The position numbers and the translations under genes were made by a program. From the NCBI GenBank assembly GCA_964487115.1, contig CAZAPD010000127.1, forward strand, positions 1 to 10,322: a stretch of 10,322 nt of DNA, read 5' to 3'. The notes beneath the pieces are model-generated. The model did no database searches, was not told the origin of the DNA, and saw nothing but the letters and a program-made list of their open reading frames with translations. The DNA is from an uncultured Thermococci archaeon. Its GTDB lineage: Archaea; Methanobacteriota_B; Thermococci; Thermococcales; Thermococcaceae. Positions within the stretch are counted from its first letter, which is position 1. Every line of letters begins with the position of its first letter. Shown here piece by piece: positions 1-7,136 of this stretch.

Positions 1-42
1 TCCCCGTGCAATTTTTTGCAATGCCTGACTTGTCTCGTTCAT
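1..42 (-). CDS. 5' end (first 14 codons) of a probable flippase / polysaccharide biosynthesis (MOP/Wzx-like) protein, running off the left edge
   Basis: Reverse complement reads ATG AAC GAG ACA AGT CAG GCA TTG CAA AAA ATT GCA CGG GGA = MNETSQALQKIARG, preceded by SD-like GGGTGGG. The 'ALQKIARG' N-terminus resembles Thermococcales flippases as I recall them. Only 14 aa are visible. Confidence 0.6.
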   Translation of the reverse strand, partial: MNETSQALQKIARG

Positions 43-140
43 AAAGCCCACCCGAGCTTGTTGAGAATACTACTCAAAATTATCATACTAGTGAAGCTCT
101 TAAGCTTATCTTTTCAACATTTTGGTTACCTTGTTAAATA

Positions 141-154
141 GAAAAGTTTATAAG
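141..154 (+). promoter_or_regulatory. BRE + TATA box of the TasA-like gene
   Basis: GAAAAG-TTTATAAG about 45 nt upstream of ATG 199; SD GGAGGT at 186-191. Confidence 0.7.
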
Positions 155-198
155 ACCTAAAGTTGGACATTACGTGATAACTTTTGGAGGTAGTACAG

Positions 199-795
199 AT
201 GAAACGACTTTGGTTGGTAGTTGGGATGTCTGTGCTCCTGTTTGTTGGAGGAATTAAAGTTGGAGTCTCCTACTTCACGGATGCTGCCACTTCGACTGGA
301 AACGAAATCTCCACAGGAGAGTTTGATATCGGGATAAGCAGAGATGGGAGCAGATACTATGATAACTACAAGCTTTTTGAGTTTTCAAACCTCAAGCCAG
401 GCGAAGAAAAAACCATAGATTTTTACATAAAAAATCGCGGTGATTATCCGGTTTCACGAATTACAATGAGATTCAATATTACAGATTTGGAAAAGGGTGA
501 ACTTTCGGGAGCAGAAGCGCTGGTTGATAAAACTCCCGACACCGGAGAACTGAGCAGGAATCTTGTGATAACGAGTTTTAAGGTTAAATACAATGGACGG
601 ACTACCGCTCTGGATGGGTATGCAGGTAAGACCCTTGCGGAACTTAACAACACTAAGATAACGCTCTTCAGCGGGAAGTTGGAAAAAAGCGACTCTATGG
701 AAGTTTTATTATCCATTAAGCTCTCGGAAAACGCAGGAAACGAATGTCAGACAGATATTTCCAAAATCGCTCTCACAATATATGCGGAGCAATAA
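199..795 (+). CDS. TasA/camelysin (M73)-family secreted protein with SipW-cognate signal peptide
   Basis: ATG at 199 follows GGAGGT and is preferred over TTG 184. The N-terminus is basic then hydrophobic, followed by 'SYFTDAATSTGNEISTGEFDI', which matches the SipW-class pattern A-Y-F-T-D-x-x-x-S-x-x-N-x-F/I-x-A/T-G-x-L/F-D. 'NLKPGE...IKNRG' and the C-terminal 'AGNECQ...IYAEQ' are typical of TasA/camelysin-like proteins. Confidence 0.85.
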   Translation: MKRLWLVVGMSVLLFVGGIKVGVSYFTDAATSTGNEISTGEFDIGISRDGSRYYDNYKLFEFSNLKPGEEKTIDFYIKNRGDYPVSRITMRFNITDLEKGELSGAEALVDKTPDTGELSRNLVITSFKVKYNGRTTALDGYAGKTLAELNNTKITLFSGKLEKSDSMEVLLSIKLSENAGNECQTDISKIALTIYAEQ

Positions 796-858
796 TGTAA
801 CCTTCAGGCTGATATAAATCGCAGGCAGAAGAAGGCAACCCATATCAAGAGTGATGGC

Positions 859-870
859 AAACCCTTTAAG
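859..870 (+). promoter_or_regulatory. BRE/TATA for the first C/D box sRNA
   Basis: AAACCCTTTAAG, with TTTAAG (865-870) about 25 nt upstream of the predicted RNA 5' end. Confidence 0.6.
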
Positions 871-890
871 GCACCGTGAGAATCTCTAAC

Positions 891-948
891 TGCGATGATG
901 AGTGATGGGCGAACCGATCGATGAGGATGGAAAGGTGATCTCTGAGCA
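891..948 (+). ncRNA. Box C/D 2'-O-methylation guide sRNA (sRNA A)
   Basis: Box C ATGATGA 895-901; guide GTGATGGGCGAA 902-913; D' CCGA 914-917; C' ATGAGGA 921-927; guide TGGAAAGGTGATCT 928-941; box D CTGA 942-945; terminal stem TGC/GCA. The D' guide is complementary (one G:U) to archaeal 23S UUCGCCCAUUA, and the D guide to GAUCACCU at the 16S 3' end. Confidence 0.9.
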
Positions 949-950
949 TA

Positions 951-960
951 TCTTTTTAAG
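951..960 (+). promoter_or_regulatory. T-tract after sRNA A overlapping a TATA-like box for sRNA B
   Basis: TCTTTTTAAG: the T5 run lies right after sRNA A, and TTTAAG (955-960) lies about 21-26 nt upstream of the sRNA B start at 981. Confidence 0.5.
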
Positions 961-980
961 ACTCCCCCCATACTTTTCTT

Positions 981-1090
981 GGGATGATGATTTCAGCCTT
1001 GCCTGAGGCCCGTAAGATACTGATGAACTGGGGTTAGAACATACGTTACACAGTATCCAGGGCCAGTGATGATGGAGTGACGGTCTGACC
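981..1090 (+). ncRNA. Box C/D guide sRNA with a long structured insert between D' and C' (sRNA B)
   Basis: Box C ATGATGA 984-990; guide TTTCAGCCTTGC 991-1002 (12/12 complement of 16S GCAAGGCUGAAA); D' CTGA 1003-1006; hairpin insert 1007-1064; C' GTGATGA 1066-1072; guide TGGAGTGACGGT 1073-1084 (complement of 16S CCGUCACUCCA); box D CTGA 1085-1088; GG/CC closing pairs. Confidence 0.88.
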
Positions 1091-1194
1091 ATCCTCCGTT
1101 ATGTTATTTGTGATATGGTATTAGAGTTTCCTAACAAATTTAGAAACCTTAATAAAGTTCGGATTTCTAATCCCATGCAACGTGTGGTGTTTAT

Positions 1195-2055
1195 ATGGAG
1201 GAGAGATTAAAACCGATATGGCTCAGCATCTTTGGAAATATGGTCCTCTCAGTTTTCAAGCTGGTGATAGGTTTTCTCTACTCCAGCATAGCCCTGATCT
1301 CCGATGGTATTCATTCCCTCTCCGATGTTATCACGAGCATCATAGGTTATTTTGGGATAATGATTTCCTCAAAGCCCCCGGACAAGAGTCATCCCTTTGG
1401 TCATTCCCGTTTTGAGCCTCTTGTGGCGTTGTTGATAGGTGAGGCCCTCCTTGTAGTTGCATATGAAATTGGGAGGGATGCCGTTTTTAGAATATTGCAT
1501 GGAAAGAGTGTGGAGGTTAATTCTCTGATGTTAGTCATCACAATTGTTTCAATTCTGTCCAAAGAAGCAATGGCAAGATATTCAATTCATATCGGCAGAA
1601 AGCTCAGGAGCCAGATTCTCATAGCAGATGCATACCATCACAGAAGCGATGCACTCAGCAGTGTTGCTGTCCTATTTGGGCTTGGAACTCAGAAGCTTGG
1701 CTTTGAGTATGGGGATGCGTTGGCGGGGCTTATTGTTGCAATTTTCCTTGTTAAAGTGGCTTTTAATGTAATTATGGAGAATCTGGGCTACCTAACGGGG
1801 CAGGCACCTCCTTTTGAGCTATGTGAGGATATAAAGAAAATAGCATTGGAGGTATCCGGTGTTCTCGGTGTTCATGACCTCCGTGCTCATTATGTTGGAA
1901 GCAGGCTTCATGTGGAACTTCATATCGAAGTTTCAGCGGAACTCACGCTGAAGGAAGCTCATGACATAAGCGAAGAAGTCAAGAGAAGGATAGAGCAGCT
2001 TGAGGATGTTGATACAGCATTTGTTCATGTTGATATTCAGGGAATAACAAAGTAG
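1195..2055 (+). CDS. Cation diffusion facilitator (FieF/YiiP-like divalent metal efflux transporter)
   Basis: CDF signature 'SIALISDGIHSLSD', 'KPPDKSHPFGHSRFE', TM5 'DAYHHRSD', and a C-terminal dimerisation domain 'VHDLRAH..HVELHIEV...EAHDI...VHVD'. SD-like GTGGTG upstream. Confidence 0.95.
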   Translation: MEERLKPIWLSIFGNMVLSVFKLVIGFLYSSIALISDGIHSLSDVITSIIGYFGIMISSKPPDKSHPFGHSRFEPLVALLIGEALLVVAYEIGRDAVFRILHGKSVEVNSLMLVITIVSILSKEAMARYSIHIGRKLRSQILIADAYHHRSDALSSVAVLFGLGTQKLGFEYGDALAGLIVAIFLVKVAFNVIMENLGYLTGQAPPFELCEDIKKIALEVSGVLGVHDLRAHYVGSRLHVELHIEVSAELTLKEAHDISEEVKRRIEQLEDVDTAFVHVDIQGITK

Positions 2056-2058
2056 CTT

Positions 2059-4347
2059 TCATACTGAGTAAACCCTGCCATTCAGATTTACTAAGAAGCT
2101 CTCCCTCACAGGTTCGATTATCACAAGCTTCCACGTAGTCAGGGTATCTATATTCACTATTATCCAATCTCCGCTTCTGATGTATTTTAGATAGGTTCTG
2201 CCCTCCTCAGGGGATATGGAGAAAATCTGCAGAATTCCATAATTCTCTGGGAGCTTCAGCTTGACTTCTATGTTTCTCTCCGGAACTGTCCAGTCATGAT
2301 TTTTGTTATAATGGTAGTTGTAATTAATCAAGCTTAAAATAAACTCATTGGTGTCAAATTTTTTGAGGGTATTTATCATTACGTTCTTTGAAGCATTTGT
2401 ATCAAGGAGCTTATCCATGTCCCAAGCGAAGCTTATCTTTCTTGCCATGTAACTGAATAGACTATTGTCAGGTTTTCTTTCTCCGAGAGAATCCCAATAT
2501 AACTCACCAGTTTTATTAACAATAATAACGTTTTTGCTGTTTAGAATTGTTGTTCTAATCGTGTTCTCCCTCCCATTATTCATGTCGTCATATAGAGCAA
2601 AATCTGCCGTGGTAATTAATCGCCCCTCAGTTTCTAAAAATTTCTCTATTGCATTTAGGTCGCGTGAAGAAATCCTGCTCAATCTTGGGGCTATCAGCAC
2701 CTTGTAATCCTTTAGTCTTTTGTAGGAATCTGTATTTAATATTCCATCCATCCCAAGTAGTAATACATCATAAGGAACATGCATCTCCTCCAAAGCTCTT
2801 GCCCAGCCACGGATCTCATCGTAGTAGTCATCACTACTGCGTATTCCAAAAGCCGGGAAATACTGCCATATTGCCGTTGGAAGAGAAACTAATAATGCCA
2901 CATTGGAATAAGGGCGCGTGTTTTCAAATAATTCCCGCATATTTGAGATGAAGCGATAGTATTCTGCTACTCCCTTTCTTTCATGTTTGCTGACCAATCT
3001 GTGAGGTGGCCACCCTTCATCAGGAGAACCTGTTCCAAAAGGTATTAGCATTATACAGCCGGGGTTACTGAATATCTCTGAGATTCTAAGCTTTATGAGA
3101 GTAGAAACGTCTGTGGGTGGAGTTTCTGGTGCAAAAGGATTTGCAAACCAGAGAGCCCACTCGCCAATCCAGACAGGTTTTGTAAAATTTGAAGAAGCCC
3201 TGGCGAGCTTGCATACCAGCCCGTTGGTTTGGTATGGAAACGGCCTGAGTTGGCTGTCTTCGACATAAACTACATCCATATAGGGCGTTAGAGTTATGTG
3301 GGGAATCCATGCGTAGAATTCGTTTGTTGTCAACAGAACTTTTCTATGGTTTGCTTCTGCATATTTCTTGGTCTCCACTGAAATGTTTTTAACAAGAGCT
3401 ATCGCAGACTGGTACCAGTATAACAATGCTTCCTTTAAAACGGGATCTGACAAAACTTCACTGTTGTTTTCAAATTCTATCCATTCAAACGGCCAGGATG
3501 TTAAAAATTTTTTTCTAAACGGAACACGAATTGAATAGTCTCCTTTTAGAGGATATTTGCTTTCTAAGTAGGTTTTCAAACAGAAATTATCCACATCTCT
3601 GATTCCCAGCTCTGAAAGCTGGCTTTTGGTGAATTTTGATTTTAGGTATTCTATAAACCCATGGCCTTCCCATGTATTCTTACAGCCCCAACCTCCGCCC
3701 CAGACAAATGTAAAAATAGCATCGGGACTGTCAAGGAATATTGCATCCGCTCCAGAGTTAATGGACTTCCTTATCCAATATAGAAGAAATTCCCTCCAGT
3801 ACGGATTTTGGGGCTGCATTATTCCGTAAAAATCCCTTCTCCCAAGCTCTTCTCCCAGAATCCTGATGGTGAGATAACCCGAGAAGGAGCGAGACAGCCC
3901 TACTGTGTAGGGATCTGAAGCTATGGTTCCGTTAGGATACCTCCATCGTTTGGAGTAGGGAAGTACATGCTGATAATAATATAAAAAGCCAATGTGAGAG
4001 GTGTAGGGCTCATCAACGGAATCCCCAACATGCCATCCCATGGCTGTTCCAACCGGAATGCCATATGCATGGGAAAGTGAAATAAGTGATTGCACATGTC
4101 TCCACTCTTCGGGATATTTCATCCATGGTCTGTAGTCTATCCATGCTTGAACTGTGTTATGAAGGAATTCAAGGTGATAATCGCTTTTTATTTCATTCAA
4201 CATATTCCCATAGAACTCAATTCTGAAGGCATCTCCAACAACAATCAGATCATTCCATTGAATTGCCGTTGATGTATTTGTCATTCCAATTAGCATAAAA
4301 ATCATGAAACATATTACTATTCTCTTAGTGCTTAGATTGACAAACAT
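2059..4347 (-). CDS. Large secreted hypothetical protein, putative glycoside hydrolase (TIM-barrel-like + beta-galactosidase-trimerisation/GATase-like + beta-sandwich)
   Basis: 762-aa ORF. ATG 4347 follows AAGGTG and is preferred over TTG 4365. Signal peptide 'KRIVICFMIFMLIGMTNTSTA'. 'NPYWREFLLYWIRKSINSGADAIFLD' is GH TIM-barrel-like. 'ARALEEMHVPYDVL...LKDYKVLIAP...IEKFLETEGRLI' resembles the GH42 trimerisation domain. The family is not assignable by eye. Confidence 0.6.
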   Translation of the reverse strand: MFVNLSTKRIVICFMIFMLIGMTNTSTAIQWNDLIVVGDAFRIEFYGNMLNEIKSDYHLEFLHNTVQAWIDYRPWMKYPEEWRHVQSLISLSHAYGIPVGTAMGWHVGDSVDEPYTSHIGFLYYYQHVLPYSKRWRYPNGTIASDPYTVGLSRSFSGYLTIRILGEELGRRDFYGIMQPQNPYWREFLLYWIRKSINSGADAIFLDSPDAIFTFVWGGGWGCKNTWEGHGFIEYLKSKFTKSQLSELGIRDVDNFCLKTYLESKYPLKGDYSIRVPFRKKFLTSWPFEWIEFENNSEVLSDPVLKEALLYWYQSAIALVKNISVETKKYAEANHRKVLLTTNEFYAWIPHITLTPYMDVVYVEDSQLRPFPYQTNGLVCKLARASSNFTKPVWIGEWALWFANPFAPETPPTDVSTLIKLRISEIFSNPGCIMLIPFGTGSPDEGWPPHRLVSKHERKGVAEYYRFISNMRELFENTRPYSNVALLVSLPTAIWQYFPAFGIRSSDDYYDEIRGWARALEEMHVPYDVLLLGMDGILNTDSYKRLKDYKVLIAPRLSRISSRDLNAIEKFLETEGRLITTADFALYDDMNNGRENTIRTTILNSKNVIIVNKTGELYWDSLGERKPDNSLFSYMARKISFAWDMDKLLDTNASKNVMINTLKKFDTNEFILSLINYNYHYNKNHDWTVPERNIEVKLKLPENYGILQIFSISPEEGRTYLKYIRSGDWIIVNIDTLTTWKLVIIEPVRESFLVNLNGRVYSV

Positions 4348-4379
4348 CCTAAGCACCTTTAACAATGTGGAATAGTGTG

Positions 4380-4394
4380 TATAAAACTTTTTTG
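4380..4394 (-). promoter_or_regulatory. BRE/TATA for the GH-like gene
   Basis: Minus strand reads CAAAAAAGTTTTATA about 33-47 nt upstream of ATG 4347. Confidence 0.55.
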
Positions 4395-4444
4395 TTTAAT
4401 TTCTTGTGATGTTTATGTTGGATCTCGTATGTGTAATTATGACT

Positions 4445-5590
4445 CTATAAAATCTCCCTTAGATCGCGCAAAAACTCCTCAAGATGTGCTTTCCTCACGT
4501 GAGGCATCATAACAATCCTTATATAACCCCTATGAGCGCTTATCCCCCAGCCTCTGTTTTTGAGCTCTTCCTCAACTCTCTCAAGCCCTTGAGTTCCAAA
4601 TGAGACTATATTGAGAACTGGCTCGCGAATCAGGTAAACCCCTGGCATTCTTTTAAGCTCATCTGCGAACCATCTGCTCAGCTCCATAGCTTCCTTCACG
4701 ATTTCCCTGTAGCCTTCAAACCCGAGATGTTTTATCATCCCCCATACAGCTAAAGCATTTGCTCCGGGTCTTGTGCCGGTTATGGTTGCCTGCCATACCT
4801 TTCCACCGGCGAGATAGGGCGCTGGAACACTTATAGCTTCTAAGAACATCTTCTTACGGAAGAGTATCCCTCCCGCTGGAATGGGTACCATGCCCATTTT
4901 GTGGGGATCTATGGTTACGCTCTGGACGCCTCTAAGTCTGAAGTCGAAATCCGGGAGTTCATAGCCAAGGGTCTTTGCAAAGGGTATTACAAATCCCCCG
5001 AAGGCCGCATCGACGTGAAGAGGAAGCCCGTAGTCCATGGCCAGATCGCTCAGGGCAGGTATATCATCGACGACTCCTAAACCTGTGGTTCCGGCTATGC
5101 CCACAATTCCAATTGTGTTGTCTGTTATCTTGGCTTCAACATCCTTAACATCCACGGAATAATCCTCCTTCAACTCAGCCCAGACAAGTTTAACCTTAAG
5201 CATCTCGCTGGCCTTCAGGAAAGAGAAATGGGCACTTTCTGGTAAAATAAGTTCTGGATTCTCAACGTCTGCAATATTCCGGAAGGCTCTAACGGCTAAG
5301 ATGTTTGCTTCCGTTCCACCTGAAACTATATTGCCGTGAGCTCTTTTCAGATGGAGAAGAGAGCCAAGCATCTGAATCACTTCACGTTCTATCTCCCGGC
5401 TTCCGAGATGAAGTCCCGGATCGCCGAGATTTCTGTCAATATATCCTGCGACTATTTTTCTAGCGAAGGGATGGGGATAGGTACACATTGAGCCGAGAAT
5501 TTTTCCAGAATCGAAAGTTAAATCTCTCTGAGTCTTTCTTTCCAGCTCTGCCAGAACTTCATTCTCATCTAAGCCTTTCTCTGGGAACAT
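4445..5590 (-). CDS. mfnA: PLP-dependent group II decarboxylase, MfnA family (L-aspartate/tyrosine decarboxylase; the beta-alanine source for CoA in Thermococcales)
   Basis: 'ILGSMCT', 'NLGDPGL', 'SGGTEAN', 'AHFSF', 'LHVDAAFGG', PLP-lysine motif 'DPHKMG' and 'GTRPG'. SD AGGTGA before the ATG. Confidence 0.95.
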   Translation of the reverse strand: MFPEKGLDENEVLAELERKTQRDLTFDSGKILGSMCTYPHPFARKIVAGYIDRNLGDPGLHLGSREIEREVIQMLGSLLHLKRAHGNIVSGGTEANILAVRAFRNIADVENPELILPESAHFSFLKASEMLKVKLVWAELKEDYSVDVKDVEAKITDNTIGIVGIAGTTGLGVVDDIPALSDLAMDYGLPLHVDAAFGGFVIPFAKTLGYELPDFDFRLRGVQSVTIDPHKMGMVPIPAGGILFRKKMFLEAISVPAPYLAGGKVWQATITGTRPGANALAVWGMIKHLGFEGYREIVKEAMELSRWFADELKRMPGVYLIREPVLNIVSFGTQGLERVEEELKNRGWGISAHRGYIRIVMMPHVRKAHLEEFLRDLREIL

Positions 5591-5627
5591 TTTCTCACCT
5601 GCTTGTTTAAGCTTTCAGCTTTTCAAT

Positions 5628-6809
5628 TTAAGCTTTGCCTTTTATTCTCTTGAGATAGCTCTTGAAGAAGAAGGGAGTTGTTAATGCTGTCATCATCGAG
5701 ACGGTTACAACACCTGCAAAGAGCACCTGATTTATTATGCCCGTATCGAGACCAAATTTAAGAATTGCCAGCTCAAGACTCCCCCTTCCGCCCATTCCGA
5801 TACCTATGAGCAGGGAATCCTTCCACTCAAGTCCGAACATTTTGCTCCCGAGAGAACATCCTATCAGCTTTCCCATCACCGCAGCCATGTAAAGGATGAC
5901 TATTAGGGCGAGGTTTATTTCGTTGACTTGTGGATTAAACATCAAGCCCACATAGACAAAGAAGAGGGGGATGAAGAACTCTGTAAGAACCACCTGCAGA
6001 TTCTCTATAAGTTCGTTCAACTTTATGCGACTTATTATCATGGGATCCCGCCTTTCTTTCAGTCTGCTGATTGTGAGTCCAGCCAGATATGCTCCGATGA
6101 TATAATGCAGACCAACGGTTTCTGCAAGCAGTGCCAGTGAAAAAGTTAGAATCAGCGTGAATGTAAAGAACACATTCAGGTTTTTGATTATATAGTTGAA
6201 GCTTTTGGCACGTTTGAAGACAAATTCGGAGAGCAGGAGAGTACCGGCTATGAACAGGGCAATTTTAATAGTGAGCAGGATCAGGGGGTATGTGCTGAAT
6301 TCTCCCCTGGCTAAAGCAGTGATTATACCGATAAGATAAACTGCTATGATGTCATCGACGAAAGCCGCACCCATCAGGATTGAGGATACTTCCCTTCTGA
6401 CCCGCTCCTTAACGAGAATTCCGCTCGTTACCTCTATAGCTGTGTTTCCGAGGGTTATACCAACAAATACTGCAGCGGCCAAGCCTTCTCCGAAGACTAT
6501 AACCGTGGTAAAACCGAGGATAAATGAAAAAGCAACTCCCATCGCTGCAACGACAATTGATCTCTTTGTATTCTGAGCTATTGCAGAGAAGTTGCTTGTT
6601 AGACCCATGTAAAGCATCATCATGAGGAGTCCAAACTCGGATAAAACCTTAAGCTCTCCCATCGGTTGGACGACTCCAAGAATGAAAGGTCCGAGAATGA
6701 TCCCTGTTAAAACATGGGCTATTATAGGGGGAATACTCACCCGCTCAAAAAGCCACTCTAAGCTCTTTGCAACCACCAGAAGAATGGCCAGAGCAAAGAG
6801 ATAATTCAC
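5628..6809 (-). CDS. Cation:proton antiporter (CPA2, NapA/KefB-like)
   Basis: About 12-13 hydrophobic segments with 'GIILGP', 'AAFVDD', 'GAYLAG', 'FFIPLFF..VG' and 'GMGGRG'. GTG at 6809 follows GGAGGGGG and is preferred over TTG 6830. Confidence 0.92.
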   Translation of the reverse strand: MNYLFALAILLVVAKSLEWLFERVSIPPIIAHVLTGIILGPFILGVVQPMGELKVLSEFGLLMMMLYMGLTSNFSAIAQNTKRSIVVAAMGVAFSFILGFTTVIVFGEGLAAAVFVGITLGNTAIEVTSGILVKERVRREVSSILMGAAFVDDIIAVYLIGIITALARGEFSTYPLILLTIKIALFIAGTLLLSEFVFKRAKSFNYIIKNLNVFFTFTLILTFSLALLAETVGLHYIIGAYLAGLTISRLKERRDPMIISRIKLNELIENLQVVLTEFFIPLFFVYVGLMFNPQVNEINLALIVILYMAAVMGKLIGCSLGSKMFGLEWKDSLLIGIGMGGRGSLELAILKFGLDTGIINQVLFAGVVTVSMMTALTTPFFFKSYLKRIKGKA

Positions 6810-6887
6810 ACTATTCCCCCTCCAGAGCAATATTTTTATTCCCTAAGGGGTATTTTGAGCTCCCTGTGATTACCAGCAAAACGATCT

Positions 6888-7136
6888 TCATCCCCTCCTC
6901 CAGAACAGTGCCCCTGCAATCCAAAGGAGCATCAGAATTATAGCAAGAATCATTGCCAGAATTGCTCCTCTTTGCGTTCCGAAGACTATGGGGATGGGGC
7001 CTATCATTATGACCCCTCCGCCTTCTACCTCACCATGCTCTCCAGCGCTCATGAGAGCTCCCAGGAAAATCATCATAAATCCGATGAATATCAGGATTAT
7101 TCCACCGGCTATCAGGAGTTCCCCTCTCATACCCAT
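6888..7136 (-). CDS. DUF131 / TIGR00304-family small membrane protein
   Basis: Two TM helices flank the family motif 'GGGVIMIGPIPIVFG'. The start is uncertain (ATG 7136 or 7130). A TTTAAA box lies about 25 nt upstream of 7136. Confidence 0.85.
   Translation of the reverse strand: MGMRGELLIAGGIILIFIGFMMIFLGALMSAGEHGEVEGGGVIMIGPIPIVFGTQRGAILAMILAIILMLLWIAGALFWRRG

Noticed and set aside
163..179. TrmB-like/Tgr glycolytic motif (TATCAC-N5-GTGATA)
   Set aside because: Only the right half-site GTGATA matches; the left half TTGGAC matches 3 of 6 positions.
1007..1064. Hammerhead ribozyme suggested by CTGATGA within a hairpin
   Set aside because: There is no GAAA after a proper stem II (GAAC instead), and no NUH triplet in register with a stem I.
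1007..1066. H/ACA guide or canonical bulge-helix-bulge intron as the identity of the insert
   Set aside because: The basal stem is followed by AGT rather than ACA and the internal loop is too small. Only one possible 3-nt bulge (TAA) exists, next to a 7-bp rather than a 4-bp helix. A relaxed BHL-type site is not strictly excluded.
886..1092. 68-aa minus-strand ORF
   Set aside because: It is antisense to the two C/D sRNAs, and the protein has no recognisable features.
4445..6809. Gad-like acid-resistance system (decarboxylase + antiporter)
   Set aside because: The transporter is a CPA2 cation:proton antiporter, not an APC amino-acid/amine exchanger. The Thermococcales MfnA homologue is known as the aspartate decarboxylase of CoA synthesis.
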